Part shown: piece after piece, positions 35,861 through 50,000 of the stretch
How the letters are laid out: every line of letters begins with the position of its first letter
Numbering within the stretch: position 1 is the first letter of the stretch
NCBI GenBank assembly: GCA_030704615.1
Contig: CM060733.1
Location: forward strand, 30,380,001-30,444,000
DNA length: 64,000 nucleotides
Direction: 5' to 3'
Source of the DNA: Takakia lepidozioides
Lineage: Eukaryota > Plantae > Bryophyta
The notes under the pieces: generated by a model
Told to the model about the DNA's origin: nothing
Seen by the model: only the letters and a program-made list of their open reading frames with translations
The model's database searches: none
Program-made: the position numbers and the translations under genes

Positions 35861-36910
35861 AGTGCCAGCAAATGCACTTCGACTATGGCATTGTAGCCAC
35901 ATTGCAACAATATGTGGCCTCTTGTAGCCACTACTTTATGCCTCAATTTTTATTTGTATCGCCTATCCAATGCATACACAAAATACTCAAATCGTCATAT
36001 TGCATGTAAATGAAATAGCCTGTAGCCAGTTGATTTTTAGCTAAGAATCTATATCATCGCCACTGTTGCACTTAGCCTTCAAATTTTGTAGCCATCTACG
36101 CTTCTAAGCCAAAATGAAAAAACAAATCATGTTCAGAGCTAGTTCTTCACAAATTTGCCCAAGTACATTGCACAGTTGGCACGCCGTGCATTTAGATCAC
36201 AAATCTTAAAGTCGTGGCTATAAAGCAGCCGTTGCGCAGTGCTATGAACTACGGCCGTATTGAGACCCTCCGTCGTCCCGTAGAAGAGAAGTCTTAGACT
36301 GGGTCTTCTTGGGCCCCACCCGATAAACCAAACCATTGAGATCGTATAATGAACTTTTAACAATAAAGTCAACTAAAGCCGTTTGGAAGTCGCAATGTAA
36401 TGAAGTGAAAAGTGACCTCAAATCACAATGCCCTGTTATTGGAGTATAAAGCATAAAGCATTCCCAGCAGGCAGCACGCACACACGGTATCTTTAGCAAG
36501 CAAACATACTGTATTACAACAAAGCACTTCTCACAACGTACCAGACATTGGTACCATGAAGTGCAACAAATCCTAGACAGAGAGCTCTCCTAAGCTCTGA
36601 CAAAGGCCCTAAAGCATACTGCACAAGTATGGAAGATTGACGTCTTAGCCTGAGTATAAGCTAGGTGCTACTGGAGTTCTTGTTTGCCCCGACGGTTAGG
36701 ATTCTTAAGCGGTTGCACACAGCTTGGTCATATTTCAAACAGCACAGTGCTGCGCTGGCATTTCCCGCCAACTAGAAATGCTACAATACATGTTTTGTAT
36801 CAGAGGTGAAGGTAGATGTCGAGGACCAAATGAATGCAAGGTGTGGAGCCAGGGATGAACTAATAGTAAGTCAATAGAGCAGGAGTGGAGCAGTTGGGCA
36901 CTGGTACAAG

Positions 36911-37480
36911 TTAATTATCGTGTGTTGATTTATATATGAAATGAAGGAAGCTATATTGCTTCTTGGTAGGTTTTACACCCCCTGCACACTCCAAGATTCT
37001 CTTTGAACTTCTCCATTTGATCCGTTCCAACGGCTTTGTGATGGTGCACTTTGATATGCTTAGTCCTTGCATGGAATATAGGATTTCTGGCAATTTTGGC
37101 GCTACTCTGGTTGTCCCACATGAGAGCATTCAGTCCTTCTCCCAAGATTCCGATTGAGGCTCCTCAGCCAAGTTGCCTCCTTGGCAGCTGTAGAATGACG
37201 CTGGTTGCAGTCACCAGCACAGTCAGCATCCGAATAGTCGTTCAATTCATGGTAGTCAAGAGTTCCCCGAGTGTATTTGAAAATGTGTTTCACTGCCTCT
37301 AGGTGAGGTCCCTGAGGCTCCTGCATAAACTTCTGACCGTGCTAACCGAGAAGACCAAGTTAGGTCAGGTGTTGGTGTAGTAAACTAGTTTCCCGGTCAT
37401 TCTTCACCTAAGACGCATCCATGTCAGAAAGCAATCTAAGCCCCTCAATCATAGGAACACTGTGTGGATTACAATCCATC
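36911..37480 (-). pseudogene. Degenerate copia RT/RNase H fragment
   Basis: HLEAVKHIFKY, YSDADCAGD, DNQSSAKIARNPIFHARTKHI. Confidence 0.8.
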
Positions 37481-37499
37481 ATTACTAGACATCTGCCCC

Positions 37500-38070
37500 A
37501 TATATTCCAGGGTAGAATGGATACATAAAGAGAGAAAATAGAACACATGTGGAAGCTGTTAGAAGCATGATCCATGCTAAATTGTTGTCTCTAAGCCTAT
37601 GGGCTGAAGCCGTTAATATTGTCGTACATATATGTTGAATAAGTCAATCAACAAGAGATTTGGAAACAAGACACCCTACGAGGCAATATTTTTTGAAGAA
37701 ACCTAATGTGTTAGGGTTTAGAGTTTTGGTTGTGCAGCTTACAAACATATCCCCAAGAGTCTGAGAAAAAAGTTGATGCCAATCTTGAGTAAGAAATTGA
37801 TTAAGTATATGGAATAGACTATGAACAAACGTTTACATCGGTTGCAAAATTTGAGTCTATCATAATAGTGGTACTGCTCAAATGGTCATGGGTATCTGTC
37901 TTTGTAATCTAGTAACAAAGCAAATCGCCATTGGTCGTGACGTTAGATTTGACGAGAAAAACATCTTCAAAGAGGTAGATGAGGTAAGAGATGATCTCTA
38001 CAATATATTACCTATTTTGGTTCAACAAAATCAAGTGGAATTACCATTAGTAGAGCCAGTAGCAACCCCT
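37500..38070 (+). pseudogene. Degenerate copia integrase C-terminal fragment
   Basis: SAPY...NGYI.RENRT..EAVRSMIH...LWAEAV and RDVRFDE; resembles 55210-55640. Confidence 0.7.
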
Positions 38071-38608
38071 TGATTCCACTAGCAGTACTGGAAGCAGTAC
38101 TTTTGAACGATGAAAAATGAATCGTCAGGTGCAACATGAGAACGTGATACGCAATAGCATGTTGAAGCAGTAGGAGAGACAGCAAGACAACAGTCACAAT
38201 GAGCACGGAACTATTGAAAGCTCTGACTTATGACAGACTTGAGCTAGTCAGGAGATGCCACAAGGCTACTTTACTCATATTCAAGTCATAGATCTAGCAA
38301 GCCTCATGCGCTTTGCATGGAATTAAGAGACAACCAACTGTAGGGTGGGAGACTAAATATGCAACCCTCAACACCAAAGAAGGATGAAGTAACGGCACAC
38401 TAACGACAAAATAAAGAGCGGTGCTCATCAATGAGTAAGTGGAGATCGTGAGAAAGAATGCTAAGTAATGAGCAAGACGGATCTCATAAGTAACTGCAGT
38501 ATTTTCAAGTAGATAACATAGTATCTATGTGCACACCGGCCACCGTAAGTAGATTTGTTTACACTCTCACTCAGTGAGAATTGTCTGCAGACAAAACGAG
38601 CTTAAACC

Positions 38609-39560
38609 CTAAGATGGAAGATGATCCTCCACTACTTTCGCTACACGCAAGATAATCTGTCCAACTAACATGCAAAGTTTTTGAAACCAATCGGCAGAGA
38701 GGGCTTTAATGAACAAATTTGTGAGTTGTTGTGTAATAGCAATATAAAGAAAGTTGATGGTACCACAAAGCTGATGCTCTCTAATGAAATGGTGCTGGAT
38801 GTCAATGTGCTTTGTCCTCCTGTGGAATTCAGGATTGTGCACAAGCTGGATGGAACTTTGATTATCGTTGAAGAGCTTTATTGATTGCGGCTGATGAAAT
38901 CCAAGCTAGTTGGTCAACAAGCGACGTAACTAGTCAACCTCCTTTGTTGTAGTGCTCACAACAACATATTCAGCCTCAGTAATGGAGCTCGCAATACAAG
39001 CTTGTTTGCGACTATACCATATGACCTTGGTTCAGAAGTATTGTAAAGTCACTTCTTGATTTGTGATCTGTAACATATCTTGTGTAGACAACGTCCGCAT
39101 AAGCCTCTACAAGATTTGTGCTAGTGTTCCCATCGTAGCATAAAGCCAAAAGAATAGTGCTAGAGAGGTATCCGAAAATGAGTTTGACTACAAAATAGTA
39201 GGACGTTTGTGGCTGGGAAAAAAACTTGGTCACCATGTTAATTGCATAAGATATGTCCGGACGGCTATCCATTTGAGCAAATTGCAAGCTCCAAACTGCT
39301 TCTGTATAGGGTCGGGACAGAGGGGTTATAATATCTGAGGTGTCATCAAGCCGGATGTTGGGGTCCATTAAAGTGGTGATAGGAGTACAATGCTCAAGCC
39401 AAATCGTCTTAGAATTCTCTTGACTTGGAGAGATTGATCAATCCATAAGAGCTTGTGGGCACAATCTCTTATTGATTAATACATGTTAAAATCACAATAA
39501 CAACTTAGTAACAAAATTCATACAATATACAGACCCATGTAAATATCAGCACGAAATGTA
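38609..39560 (-). pseudogene. Degenerate copia RT/RNase H fragment
   Basis: SRPDISYAIN, AYADV, NPEFHRRTKHIDIQHHFIRE. Confidence 0.8.
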
Positions 39561-39701
39561 GAAACTTGAGATTCTCGTTCCGTACATGATATCATACCTT
39601 AGAGTTTGTCTAAATGTATGCAACATCCCAAACCATCGTCAACCAAAAACAATATTGTTTCGACTTTCCTCCTTGAGTAGCCGAATGGTGAGACTTTCAA
39701 C

Positions 39702-40320
39702 CAGTGTTGGACTGATATCGTGTTTTGAACATACCAAGCTGGTACTAGTATAGAGGCATTTTATCTGATTGTGATACCAAGGAAACACTGGTATTGGCAA
39801 AAATCTGAGATTTGGATACCATGGTGGTATCTGGTATTTTACGGGTATCAATATCAAGAGTTTTGAACTACCTATACCAGGGCTTTATCACTACTGGTCT
39901 GGTATCAAACAAACCCACTATATATTCATATTAAAAGACCCACTACTCATTCTACGTATACAATAAACATGCTTCTCATTGTATTTATTCATCAGAGTAT
40001 CCATCTTCTTGTATTTCATCTTCATTTGCATCTAAGAGCTCAGATCAAGATTGATTTAGCTGTATCCAAATTGTGCATAGTACGTTATCAATACTCATAT
40101 CTAGGTTTTCCTCATGGTATCAAGTATGAGATCTTCAATCACCTACCAAACTGGTAGGGTATCGCCCGACTCCCATAGTATTAGAAAACACAATACTAGG
40201 CCAATATGGGTATGTGCCTAGGTAGTGGCGTGAGGTGATACAAGACTAGTCTGGTACTTCATACCAATATATATACTAGTATTGATAACAGTTTGTTATC
40301 AGTATACCAGTCCAACACTC
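39702..40320. mobile_element. hAT-type MITE, 619 bp
   Basis: TIR CAGTGTTGGACTG / CAGTCCAACACTC; perfect 8-bp TSD CTTTCAAC (39694-39701, 40321-40328); many GGTAT/ATACC motifs. Confidence 0.88.
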
Positions 40321-40642
40321 CTTTCAACGGTCTGCTGATCAACGGGGATACTATTCGATGCATATGTCAAATGTTTGAAACTCGGTGGCAGAGTTCCCAT
40401 AATCTTGGTGATGACGGCTTATTTAGAAATGGGTTCTCCAAGGGGTAGATGCAGGGTAAGGTGGACCAAAATTAGCGTCACTGACACAGTTTTCTGTGAC
40501 TGTCATGTATGATATCATGAATTGCTTTGAATATAATCAATAATGTTGAGAAACATTTTTCTATGCTGAATTTTTAACTTCAATATCTACCTATATCAAC
40601 CGTCAAATTGTCAAAAAAATAAAATGTCCAAGAGGTATGAAC

Positions 40643-41344
40643 CAGTGTTGGGCAGGTATTGAGTAATCAGGGTATCAAAACCCGGTTATCAAAATATTGA
40701 TAACCGGAACTGGAATTTTTTTCAAAAAAAATGATATACATAACCGGCGGTTATGTAAATTATAAGATCCGGCTCCTATTGATAACTGGAGGTTAGAAAT
40801 TCCTAGATAACCGGATAGAGACCCAATATGAGATAAAATTTTGGGAACCGGTTATCAATACGGCAAATCTTTGTGGGCCACACCTCTTAAATTGGTCAAC
40901 ACGTATCATCTCATAAAAGCCAGATTATACTCTCGTAACAGCCGGATTAGTACCTGTTGTCATTATGAGCTGTCCATTAATGCAAAATGTAGTAGCATTG
41001 AAAAGCATTAGCATGGAAATCATGTTTGGCTTAATGAAATGCAAAGGGTGCTACCTTAAAAACTTATAGATTTTATTTTTGAAAATAAATTAGTACAAAA
41101 TAAAACACTTGTAAATAAATAAATCCAATAACCGGATTACTCAATAACCGCCGGGTATTGACTATAGAATAACCGGAGCTATTGATAACATGTAAGTTCA
41201 AAATTTCTTACACTATTGATAACCGACGAGTATGAAAATATTAAAATTTGTTTAATAACCTGAACCGGCGGGTATTAGATTTCCAAAATTTGTAATATCC
41301 GGAACCGGCGGTTATAGTAAAAAACCGATAACCGCCCAACACTG
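40643..41344. mobile_element. hAT-type MITE, 702 bp
   Basis: TIR CAGTGTTGGGC / GCCCAACACTG; perfect 8-bp TSD GTATGAAC (40635-40642, 41345-41352); many ATAACCG/CGGTTAT motifs. Confidence 0.9.
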
Positions 41345-42159
41345 GTATGAACTTTTAAACACGACAATTGTGGACTGTCACCGCTGCAAATGAAAATATA
41401 CGGACTCAAAATAAGCCATTATACATTTGGTGTATTGCTTTGAACTATTGAGGTAAGGGGGTCAATATAGAGAACACTCTATATTTCAATTTAAAATAAC
41501 AATATCAGCTGTCATTTACTACCTAGTATGGACTAATATGAGTGTTATGGTGGATTTTTTCTAGTAAATAGTTCATCTTGTGTTTTGGGCTTTTGAAGTA
41601 TCATATTTTACTGCAAATGATATAAAAATATAATCTACAATGGCTTGGTTGTATATAGACAAATCGATGTAAATTTTAATTTCTGCTATATCAAATCTTA
41701 TTCAAATTACAGAATAAAAATTATCTTTGATGTTTGGGGTTAGATCCTTTACTAAAAATGTTAAATATACCATTGTCTATCATCACTTAAAATTATTTGG
41801 GAAAATACTGTCAATTTAAATTTGGTCGTGGACTTTCATGAAAGGCAACATCTGCCGTTTTTTATCCACCTTATCCTACAACTACCGCAAGATCAGTCAA
41901 TTGGTTTGCCATAACTTCAATGGTGTTGATATGATCAGCAACCTTGTCATCAGCTTTTATGCGGTAGTCACGTAACTTTTGCTGAAGCAATTGCAAGTTC
42001 TAAGTAGCATTTTGCTCATGTACAGTGTGAGGCGTCGCCACATTTGGTAGGCGGTCTTGCAAAGTCATCAACTGACGCATAGACTTAGTATGAACAGCCG
42101 AACAAATGATAGATTGGCAAACAAATTTATTTGTGTCAGTCCAGATTTTCATCGTCAAT

Positions 42160-42500
42160 CCTGTATGCGCACCCGCAGACCCGAATGTTCAACTGAGTCA
42201 CATTCCTGATATCTTAGAGGATGCAACGTTCATTGAAGTGTTTTACAAAGAGCTCACAATGAGGTAGTAAGATGCTTAATGTTTGCATCATTACTATCAC
42301 GACCTGACATCGTATATGTTGTAAATGTTGTCACTAAATACAGCGAAGCACCAAAGAAGATACATTGGACTGCTGCTAAGAGAATATTGAAATACCTCAA
42401 AGGAACCACTGGATATGGAATTTAGTGTGGAGGTCCTCTTTCAGTATCATTCTACAAAGTTTTCGTGACACTGATTACGCCGACGATCTTGACAACACAC
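42160..42500 (+). pseudogene. Copia RT/RNase H fragment
   Basis: RPDIVYVVN...KIHWTAAKRILKYLKGT; similar to 58270-58590. Confidence 0.75.
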
Positions 42501-43389
42501 AAGGGGCTTGTGTTACAGTCCCTGTTGGAAGTAGTGGGAATTTTTATAGTATTACCATGTAGACATATGTAGAAGAATGAGATTTATATTTTCTCATAAA
42601 GACATAGGGAATATTTAAAAATGAAGTTTCTTCAACAAGGCATCCAAAGAAGTACAAATATCATGTGCGGGAATATTTTTTTAGATGACAAAAAATAATT
42701 TTATAAAACCGAAAAGTTTTTATATTATGCCTCAAAGTTGATAAGTCAAGTTGATTTGTTAAACCCTCATTCGTGGAAAATTTAAAAGTTGACTATGTAC
42801 CAATATAATTTTGTTATTTAGCCATGTAGTTACAAGAATAGAAACTTGGAGATATCTTTTGGTGCATGAAACTTCATACAGTTCTCGAGTGTGGAGCTTC
42901 AGTGACGTGAACGTAGAGCTACTTTAGTGATCAGAGGTCATCATCTCTATTATTGTAGTTGTACAAGAAGCATTCAACATTCCATTCTATTTTAGATCGA
43001 TGTGAGATGTTATGAGGTGTCATGTTCTACCTTTTTTCCGTTCCACTTCCATTGTTCTGTTTTCTAAAATTTTCATTTCAGACCATCGATTTTACTCTCC
43101 ACAAGCTTACAAAACTGTGAGGTGTGACCGTACTTATAAATGTAGCCATAAACCAAGAGGGTTTGATTATATACCGCTGAGTACATACTCTAGACATCAA
43201 AAAGCTTCACAAGAGAATAAGATATACTACACCGGGGATGCTACATATTATCAACATCGCTTGAATATTGTGGATAGTTTTGAAAATATTCAATCCGTTA
43301 AAAATGGAGGTGTTAACCCTGGGGAGGGTCAGCCACATATGAGAAGACATGAGATGATAAGCGAACAAAATGGCAAGGAGAAGCTAGTG

Positions 43390-46230
43390 GAAGTAATGTT
43401 GGTACTTCTATGGAAAGACATGATAGAATTGTAGAATTGGATGGAAATAGATCATTATTATGTTCATGTAAATTTTGTAACGGAAAAAAGATTGTTGGTC
43501 GTTCGACATTCTATAAACATAGGGCACTAGATACCCTCAACAAAGTATTTATGAGAGTATTAGCACTTCTTCCATTAGATAATGCAATTTCTAACTAGAA
43601 CCATGACTTTACAGATTTAGGGTTTCATGGTGGTGATCACATGACGAATGTGTAGGCGATTTCAATGGGGTGATAGACAATGGAAGATTACCCCATGGGC
43701 ATGATGGAAGGGATTTTACAAGCAGTCAACATTTTCATTTGAGGAATAAAGTTTCTGTTCAATCAAAACTAACTCTAAAACATTGTATCTTTTTTCGTAT
43801 TATTTTTAGATGTAAGCGGATTGGATGTATACATAGTTCCCATTGAATTCCAAGATCTTATGTTGAAAAGATTATTTCAGTCACTAACAAGTAATATAAT
43901 ATGCTAAGTTTCTTTTTGAAGCCATTTATTAGGGAACTTCAGACAGGATGGATTTGAAGTTGAGTATGAATACCCATCGAAGTTGATTTCTCGACACCTT
44001 TCACAGTGTGAAGCAGGGGCTATAATTCGGTATTACTATTTATATACAATATTCGTTGTGAAGTTGAAGTAATGTTTGACAGTTGAATAGTTAAACATTC
44101 CAATCCAATATTGAAATGTTCCCCTTAAACTATTGAAATGGTCATTCCAATATTGAAATGTCCATTTGAACCATTGAAATGACCATTCCAATATTAAGAT
44201 GGCTCATTTGAAATATCAAAATGTTCTATTTATAAAGTATATTTATTTTAATATTATAAATACGATATTTTTTATTTTATTGAGTTTATTGTTTATGTTT
44301 TTTTACTTGTGATGATATAATTGATCTTTGGGATTAACAGTCAACGATCAACAGTTAACGCATATTTCAAAATTTCAACCGCCAAAACTCAAAATTTAAC
44401 ATTTGAAATAGTCATATATATAACTGCAAATTGGCCTTCATTTGCAGTGATGGATATGACATGGTCCATATGACTATATGATAGTTATGACTACACCGCT
44501 CTACAGTCACAGTAGTGACATGATCCATATGACTATATGATAGTTTTGACTATACCGCTCCACAGTCATAATAATGACACGGTTTACATGACTCTAGAGT
44601 TTGTAGTCATATACCGCGTTTATGACTGTGGGGTAGTCATATATGCAATCATAACTACCGTGTTTTGTTGTAGTGAATGCACACTTTGGCTCTCTGTATA
44701 GTACTAAAGAAATATACGAAATTCTTTGTTGATATTGTTGCAAAAATACCGTCTGAAAATGTATAATTGGATAATGCATTAAGTATAGCTAGAAATGCAC
44801 GACCACAAGATTGGGTTCAAGATGGCCTCAATTTCCTACAACCGTCTAGGATTTTGGAAGGCAGAGGAATATCAAAATTTTGTTAAGTGGTGTCTTCCAT
44901 ACATATTGGATCATATGGGTATTACAAAAATACTCAATCTTGGGTGGTTTGGGGTTGATCCTTATTGAAGTATGTCGATTTTTTTATACACATACTAGAG
45001 AAGCAGGTTGGACAAAGAAAGTTTAAAGGTGGCACGTACACTTCTAGTGCTTAGCGTGTGAGATCAAATGAGGGTTTCGGATCCAATTCATCCCCCTTGG
45101 AGCGTATGGCAGGTACTTTATTATGACCAATTAGTTTAATTTATAGACTTATACTATAAATTTGGTATATTTACTATTTACTTGTCATATGTGATGCATG
45201 AAGAAGTGGAGATATTTTGGATGATGTTATAAGCACGGAAGTCATGATATTTATTGGTGTCATACATAACGTGAAGTAAAATATTATGTGAGTATTTCTA
45301 CCAACTATAAGTTAAATAAAATTACGTATACAAAATTTCATGCTCAAACATGGTTCACTCATATTTTTTTCAACTATAGGAGGAAAATGGTCTTCTTCAA
45401 GAACAGAGGGTAACTGAAGTTTTTCATAAAACTTTGGTACAACCTTTTAATTGGAGGCAACGTGAAGTAGAGGTGGATTGTATGGAGTGGCATACAGAGT
45501 GTGTGATGGTAGTTTCATCTCAAGAGAAAACCATAACGATATGGAATTTGGTAAAAAATTTGACTAATTTCTAAAGGTCCATGTCTAGAAATGATCCTTA
45601 GAAAGAAACATATTTGTTAGACGAAAATGGCCTCAAAGGATAAAACTGAAACTAAATCATTTAGACCAATATTGAAAAAATCAAGGAGTGCTCACTAATC
45701 ACCATTGGAGTAGCTTTGACGCCAGCAATATTGTAAATTTGAAGTTTCTGTTACACGGGGGAAACATTCTAGAGTGGGAGACAATGTGGTCATCAAACTG
45801 AGGAATTGTACATCATGATTGGAAATGGAAGGCCAAAATTACACCATTTTTTAGACACGAATGTTGTGGTGAAATAAGAGTGTTTTTTCAACCTGTGTAC
45901 TACAAGCAAAGTTCTTTAATCTGAAAATGGTGATAAAGTTTTGATTCACCATTTAACTTCAATGCGTATTCTTCATCCAAAAGTTGGGAGATGGATTGGA
46001 AATGATATTCAACCAGTGGAACAAATTATGTACAGATACATTATTTCCCTATTTGTAGTTGTGGATGTGGAAGAGGACTTATTTCAGCATATGAGTTGCA
46101 AGATCCCGACCCGGAGGTATCACTAGCTAAAACCAAGGGAGCTCAGGTATGTTCCGCATTGGCCAAAGGTTTATGATATCCTACTTGTGAAGCTCTCCAC
46201 TTGGAGTGCTGGAGATGATTTCCAACTGAT
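43390..46230 (+). pseudogene. Heavily degenerate CACTA/CMC-like transposase remnant
   Basis: CSCKFC...TFYKH at the N-terminus; LGFWKAEEYQNFVKWCLPYILD near 44845-44915; ILDDVISTEV/HG..DIYWC-like segment near 45210-45270; many stops and frameshifts. Confidence 0.5.
44410..44675 (-). mobile_element. CACTA terminus with subterminal ATGACTA/TAGTCAT repeats
   Basis: GTTGTAGTG at 44667-44675 is CACTACAAC on the minus strand, preceded by dense short direct and inverted repeats; no partner end found. Confidence 0.6.
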
Positions 46231-46639
46231 GTAGTGCTGGATGTTTCATTTAAGCAACCAACGGAGGTAAATAGAGATTGTTCTTCCTTGATACTAGGAC
46301 TGTTTTGGGTGTTAGGTATATTAACCAGGGTGGGTGTTAGGTTTTTTATACGTTTTAAAACCTCCCATCAAATAGTTACATTGTCGTTTGACTCTCTTAA
46401 TACCATTCTCGATAATTTTCGTCTAGTGAAATTCAGCCAAAATACACCAATTGAGTGGGAATATATTATGTAACTTGACATAAGACATTATTTTTTGTGA
46501 CCAATATTTGGGAGGGTGGAGGGGGAGCTCAACTGCACAGTGGGCAGATTTTTAGGTCCAATTCATGTTTGAGCTACAATAATTATTCAGGCCCTTGCCA
46601 AGGAGGGGGAAAAATAACCCAATATATATGTGTGATTCT

Positions 46640-47025
46640 AATAGGATTAGTCTACACTATGATTATCATTCTTTTATAAAAAGATGTATAATTAGAACTT
46701 ACAACATATTTGTAATTATAATATGATTAGTCTACACTATTATTATTGTATTTTTATAAATAAATAAAAACTTAGAACCTATTTGTAATTTTTATTTTTT
46801 TATTTTTTTAAAGCCCAAACAAATTTTTGATTTTGGAAACCTTATTAGGGCTGGAGGGCCCTGAAACAGTGGATTGAAGAACCTGATGGAATATTTTGAA
46901 TAACTTTAATATATATATTAGTCTATACTATTATTATTGTTCTTTTATTATAAGATGTATAATTAGAACCTAAAACCTATTTATGATTCAATAGCATGGA
47001 TTAGTCTACACTATTACTATCATTA
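46640..47025. repeat. Four dispersed copies of ATTAGTCTA(C/T)ACTAT(T/G)A in AT-rich DNA
   Basis: Copies near 46646, 46726, 46917 and 46999. Confidence 0.6.
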
Positions 47026-47027
47026 AA

Positions 47028-50000
47028 GGAAGTCAGGCCCACGCCAACAAGAGGTGGCGAAGGCGATCTTGCAGACCGGCCAGAGGTGGGGCTTTCGAAG
47101 AACCTGACTAAATAATTGGAGATGGTGCGGAGCTGACTTCACTGGGGCTGTAATGGATCCAGCATTAAAGTAGAATGAGAGGAGTGCAATTTATCCGAAT
47201 GCCAAGTCTGTTCATGCAGGCAGGGCCCAGACTAGTTGTCCGTGTTGCATTTTGACTAGGCCAAGGCGGATATTTGCTTCTACTGCAGTGGAGCTAGATT
47301 TCTTCATCCCGTTAATCACGCAATAAGTGTCGGATCTAGCATGCGTAAGCTCGGATCAGATAGGACTCAAGAATCCTGGGTTAAATATATAAACAAATTG
47401 ATAGCTTCCTGCAGATATAGTCACAATATGCTCTTTGTATGATTCAATGCTATTAATTGCTTTGCTGCGGTCTTGGATGTTCCTGCTATCCCAACGCTGA
47501 ATGTGAGACTAGCGACATTGTCTTATTATTCAATTGAAGAATGTTAATGTAACCTCTGCAGAGAAATCGTCAGGTTTCAGGTTTTCTATTGACGGTTGAT
47601 GTTTTAATGTTTACGTGTTAGTCTGGGTCATATCCATCTACATATCCATGTCACTTCCTCATGTGGGGCTGCTCATGTACTCTTCATGGTGATCATTTTG
47701 AAGTGTTTTAAATACCAGATACGTGTTTAGCCATAGATCCCGTTCCTGGTTTGATCACAGCAGCAAGGGAGGGTGGGGTAGAGAGAATGGGGAGGCCATG
47801 ACTTTGAACACAAATGAAGCTTATTTGGTTGCTTTTTCATGAAACCTTTTCTCTTGTCAATATGTATTCAAACATCCACACGGCTCCTGCCCTGCCTCTT
47901 CTTCCCACTTATTATCTGTAGACGTGTCCTTTCGCTTCAAACGGGGGCTGGGCAGTACACGTGGCGAACTACTCTGCCTGTGCGTGGGGATCCAATGACT
48001 ACTTGCCCTCTGTCATTAGAAGGCTTGATATTTTATTGATCGCATGTGCCAAGTAAGCAGGTATGATCAGTATTTGACGAAAGAGTTTAGGGTGGCTGTG
48101 AGCTTTATACAAAGAGCTCACCGCGGAAGATAAACTATGATTTCGGTGAGAATCAGTTCATGAGATCTATACTTTAGGGGTTTCGAAACAGCCCCAAAAC
48201 GAATGAGTAGCCCCACATAGACGATGATCTTTGCCATCCAGGTTGGTCCTACAAATTGTAGCTTCTACACTCTCTGCCACAATGTCTTGAGTTAGACACT
48301 TCAACGGCGGCTCATCAGAGTGTGGTCAATGTATACTGCAATAACCCGACGCAGCACCTTCGATTGGATCTAAACCACATGTTCTGGTGCCGATCAGCAT
48401 CCAAACCATAACTTTTCAAACACCAACACAACACATTATTCCATCAAAATCACGATTGCGGAGATCTTCTTATTCTGAAGTAAATTGCGGGCATTGTTGA
48501 CGAGAAAGCGCAGGGGAAAGTGCGGAGTGCTTGGCCGTGTGTACAAGCGGCCGTATGGCATTCACGGGTTTTCCTTTTATCCCCTTCAATAATTCCACGT
48601 AAAGCTTACGAGGCCTTCCTCTCCTTTTCATTACAAACAAAAAGAAGAGAAAGTCGCAGACGCAAGAGGTCGTGTTTGTTGACTAGTGTCCGCCACTGTG
48701 GTGAGCAGCTCAATGCCTGCCATTACTGCCCCAACTGCCCCGCCATCTCCCCGGGTCCCAGCTTCCCCCCTTGCTCGATGGTCACGGACCCTGCGTTTAC
48801 GCGGTCGCATGGAAGGTGGTGACCCGGGGACAAGTGCAAGCAAACGCAAGTCGGTGGGTAGGACGACGCGTTGACACAACACAGCGCGTTTGTTGGAAGA
48901 AGACGACGACTCACGTCAACGGCTTGTGCCTACATATCGGCCCCGCTCTCTTCGCTTCTCCAAACTCAGGCTTCAGAGCAAGCGAGGAGAGTTGAGAGAG
49001 CCGAGTAGTAACAGCCTTGTCCAGAGGCGCTCTATCCTGATCCCTCTATCAGATACACAGGGAGCGATTGAGCTACAGTGAATCCGACGAGCTGAATTAG
49101 AGAGTGAAAGTGGGATTGAACGGATTTCCGAAACTTGAACATTCAGATACTTGACGAGGAAACGAAAATCCACGTTCAAATCGTCGAGCCTTATACAGGT
49201 GACAAATAGAGAGCTCGGTACTTAAGCTTCAATTCCAACTCCAGCACGCGGAGAGGATTCAACGCGGTCGATTATCTGCAGCTGATTTTATTGACAATAT
49301 GGAGGCTCTATTGAACTCAATGGCTTCGTGGAAATCCCTTTCTGGAATCACAACACCAGTGAGGAAGTTGTCTTCCTCAGAAGTCCAACACGTGCAGACA
49401 TTTTCGGGGACACCCGCATCGACATCGTCATTCTCCTCCAAGAAAAAACCTCAAAGCATCCATGCAACTCTATTGGAACCCACGTCAGAGCTGAATGAAA
49501 ATTCCTTGTGGGAATTTGGAAGGCTTGCCGATAACTTGACGTCCGCTGGAAGCTCCACGGGTAGGCTCGGTACATTGAGTAGTTCTCCTCCTCATGCACC
49601 TCATGCAGGACGGTCTTCAGGGTTCTCGGCCACCTTGGGGGAGGTTCTCACATATCAAGGTGCTAAGCTCCAGAGGTCAAGAAGCTTGGAGGAAGCGGAG
49701 AGAAGAAGAAAAGAGATGATCCCCTTGCATAAACTTCGCCAAGGAGGTTTTGTGGAGGATTGCTTGATGTACAGACAGATATTTGTAATTCGGTCTTATG
49801 AAGTGGGCGCAGACAAGGCAACGTCGATTGATACTTTGTTTAGTCTATTTCAAGTGAGTCAGAACTCTCCGTGCTCGTTCTTCCTGACATGTAGAGAGAA
49901 CGTTTCGATGGTGTACTAGGTAGGCCAGGCTTAATAATTCGCCCAGGAAACTCTTGACCGTGGTATACCTCCCAAACATCGACAAGACTGCATACAGTCA

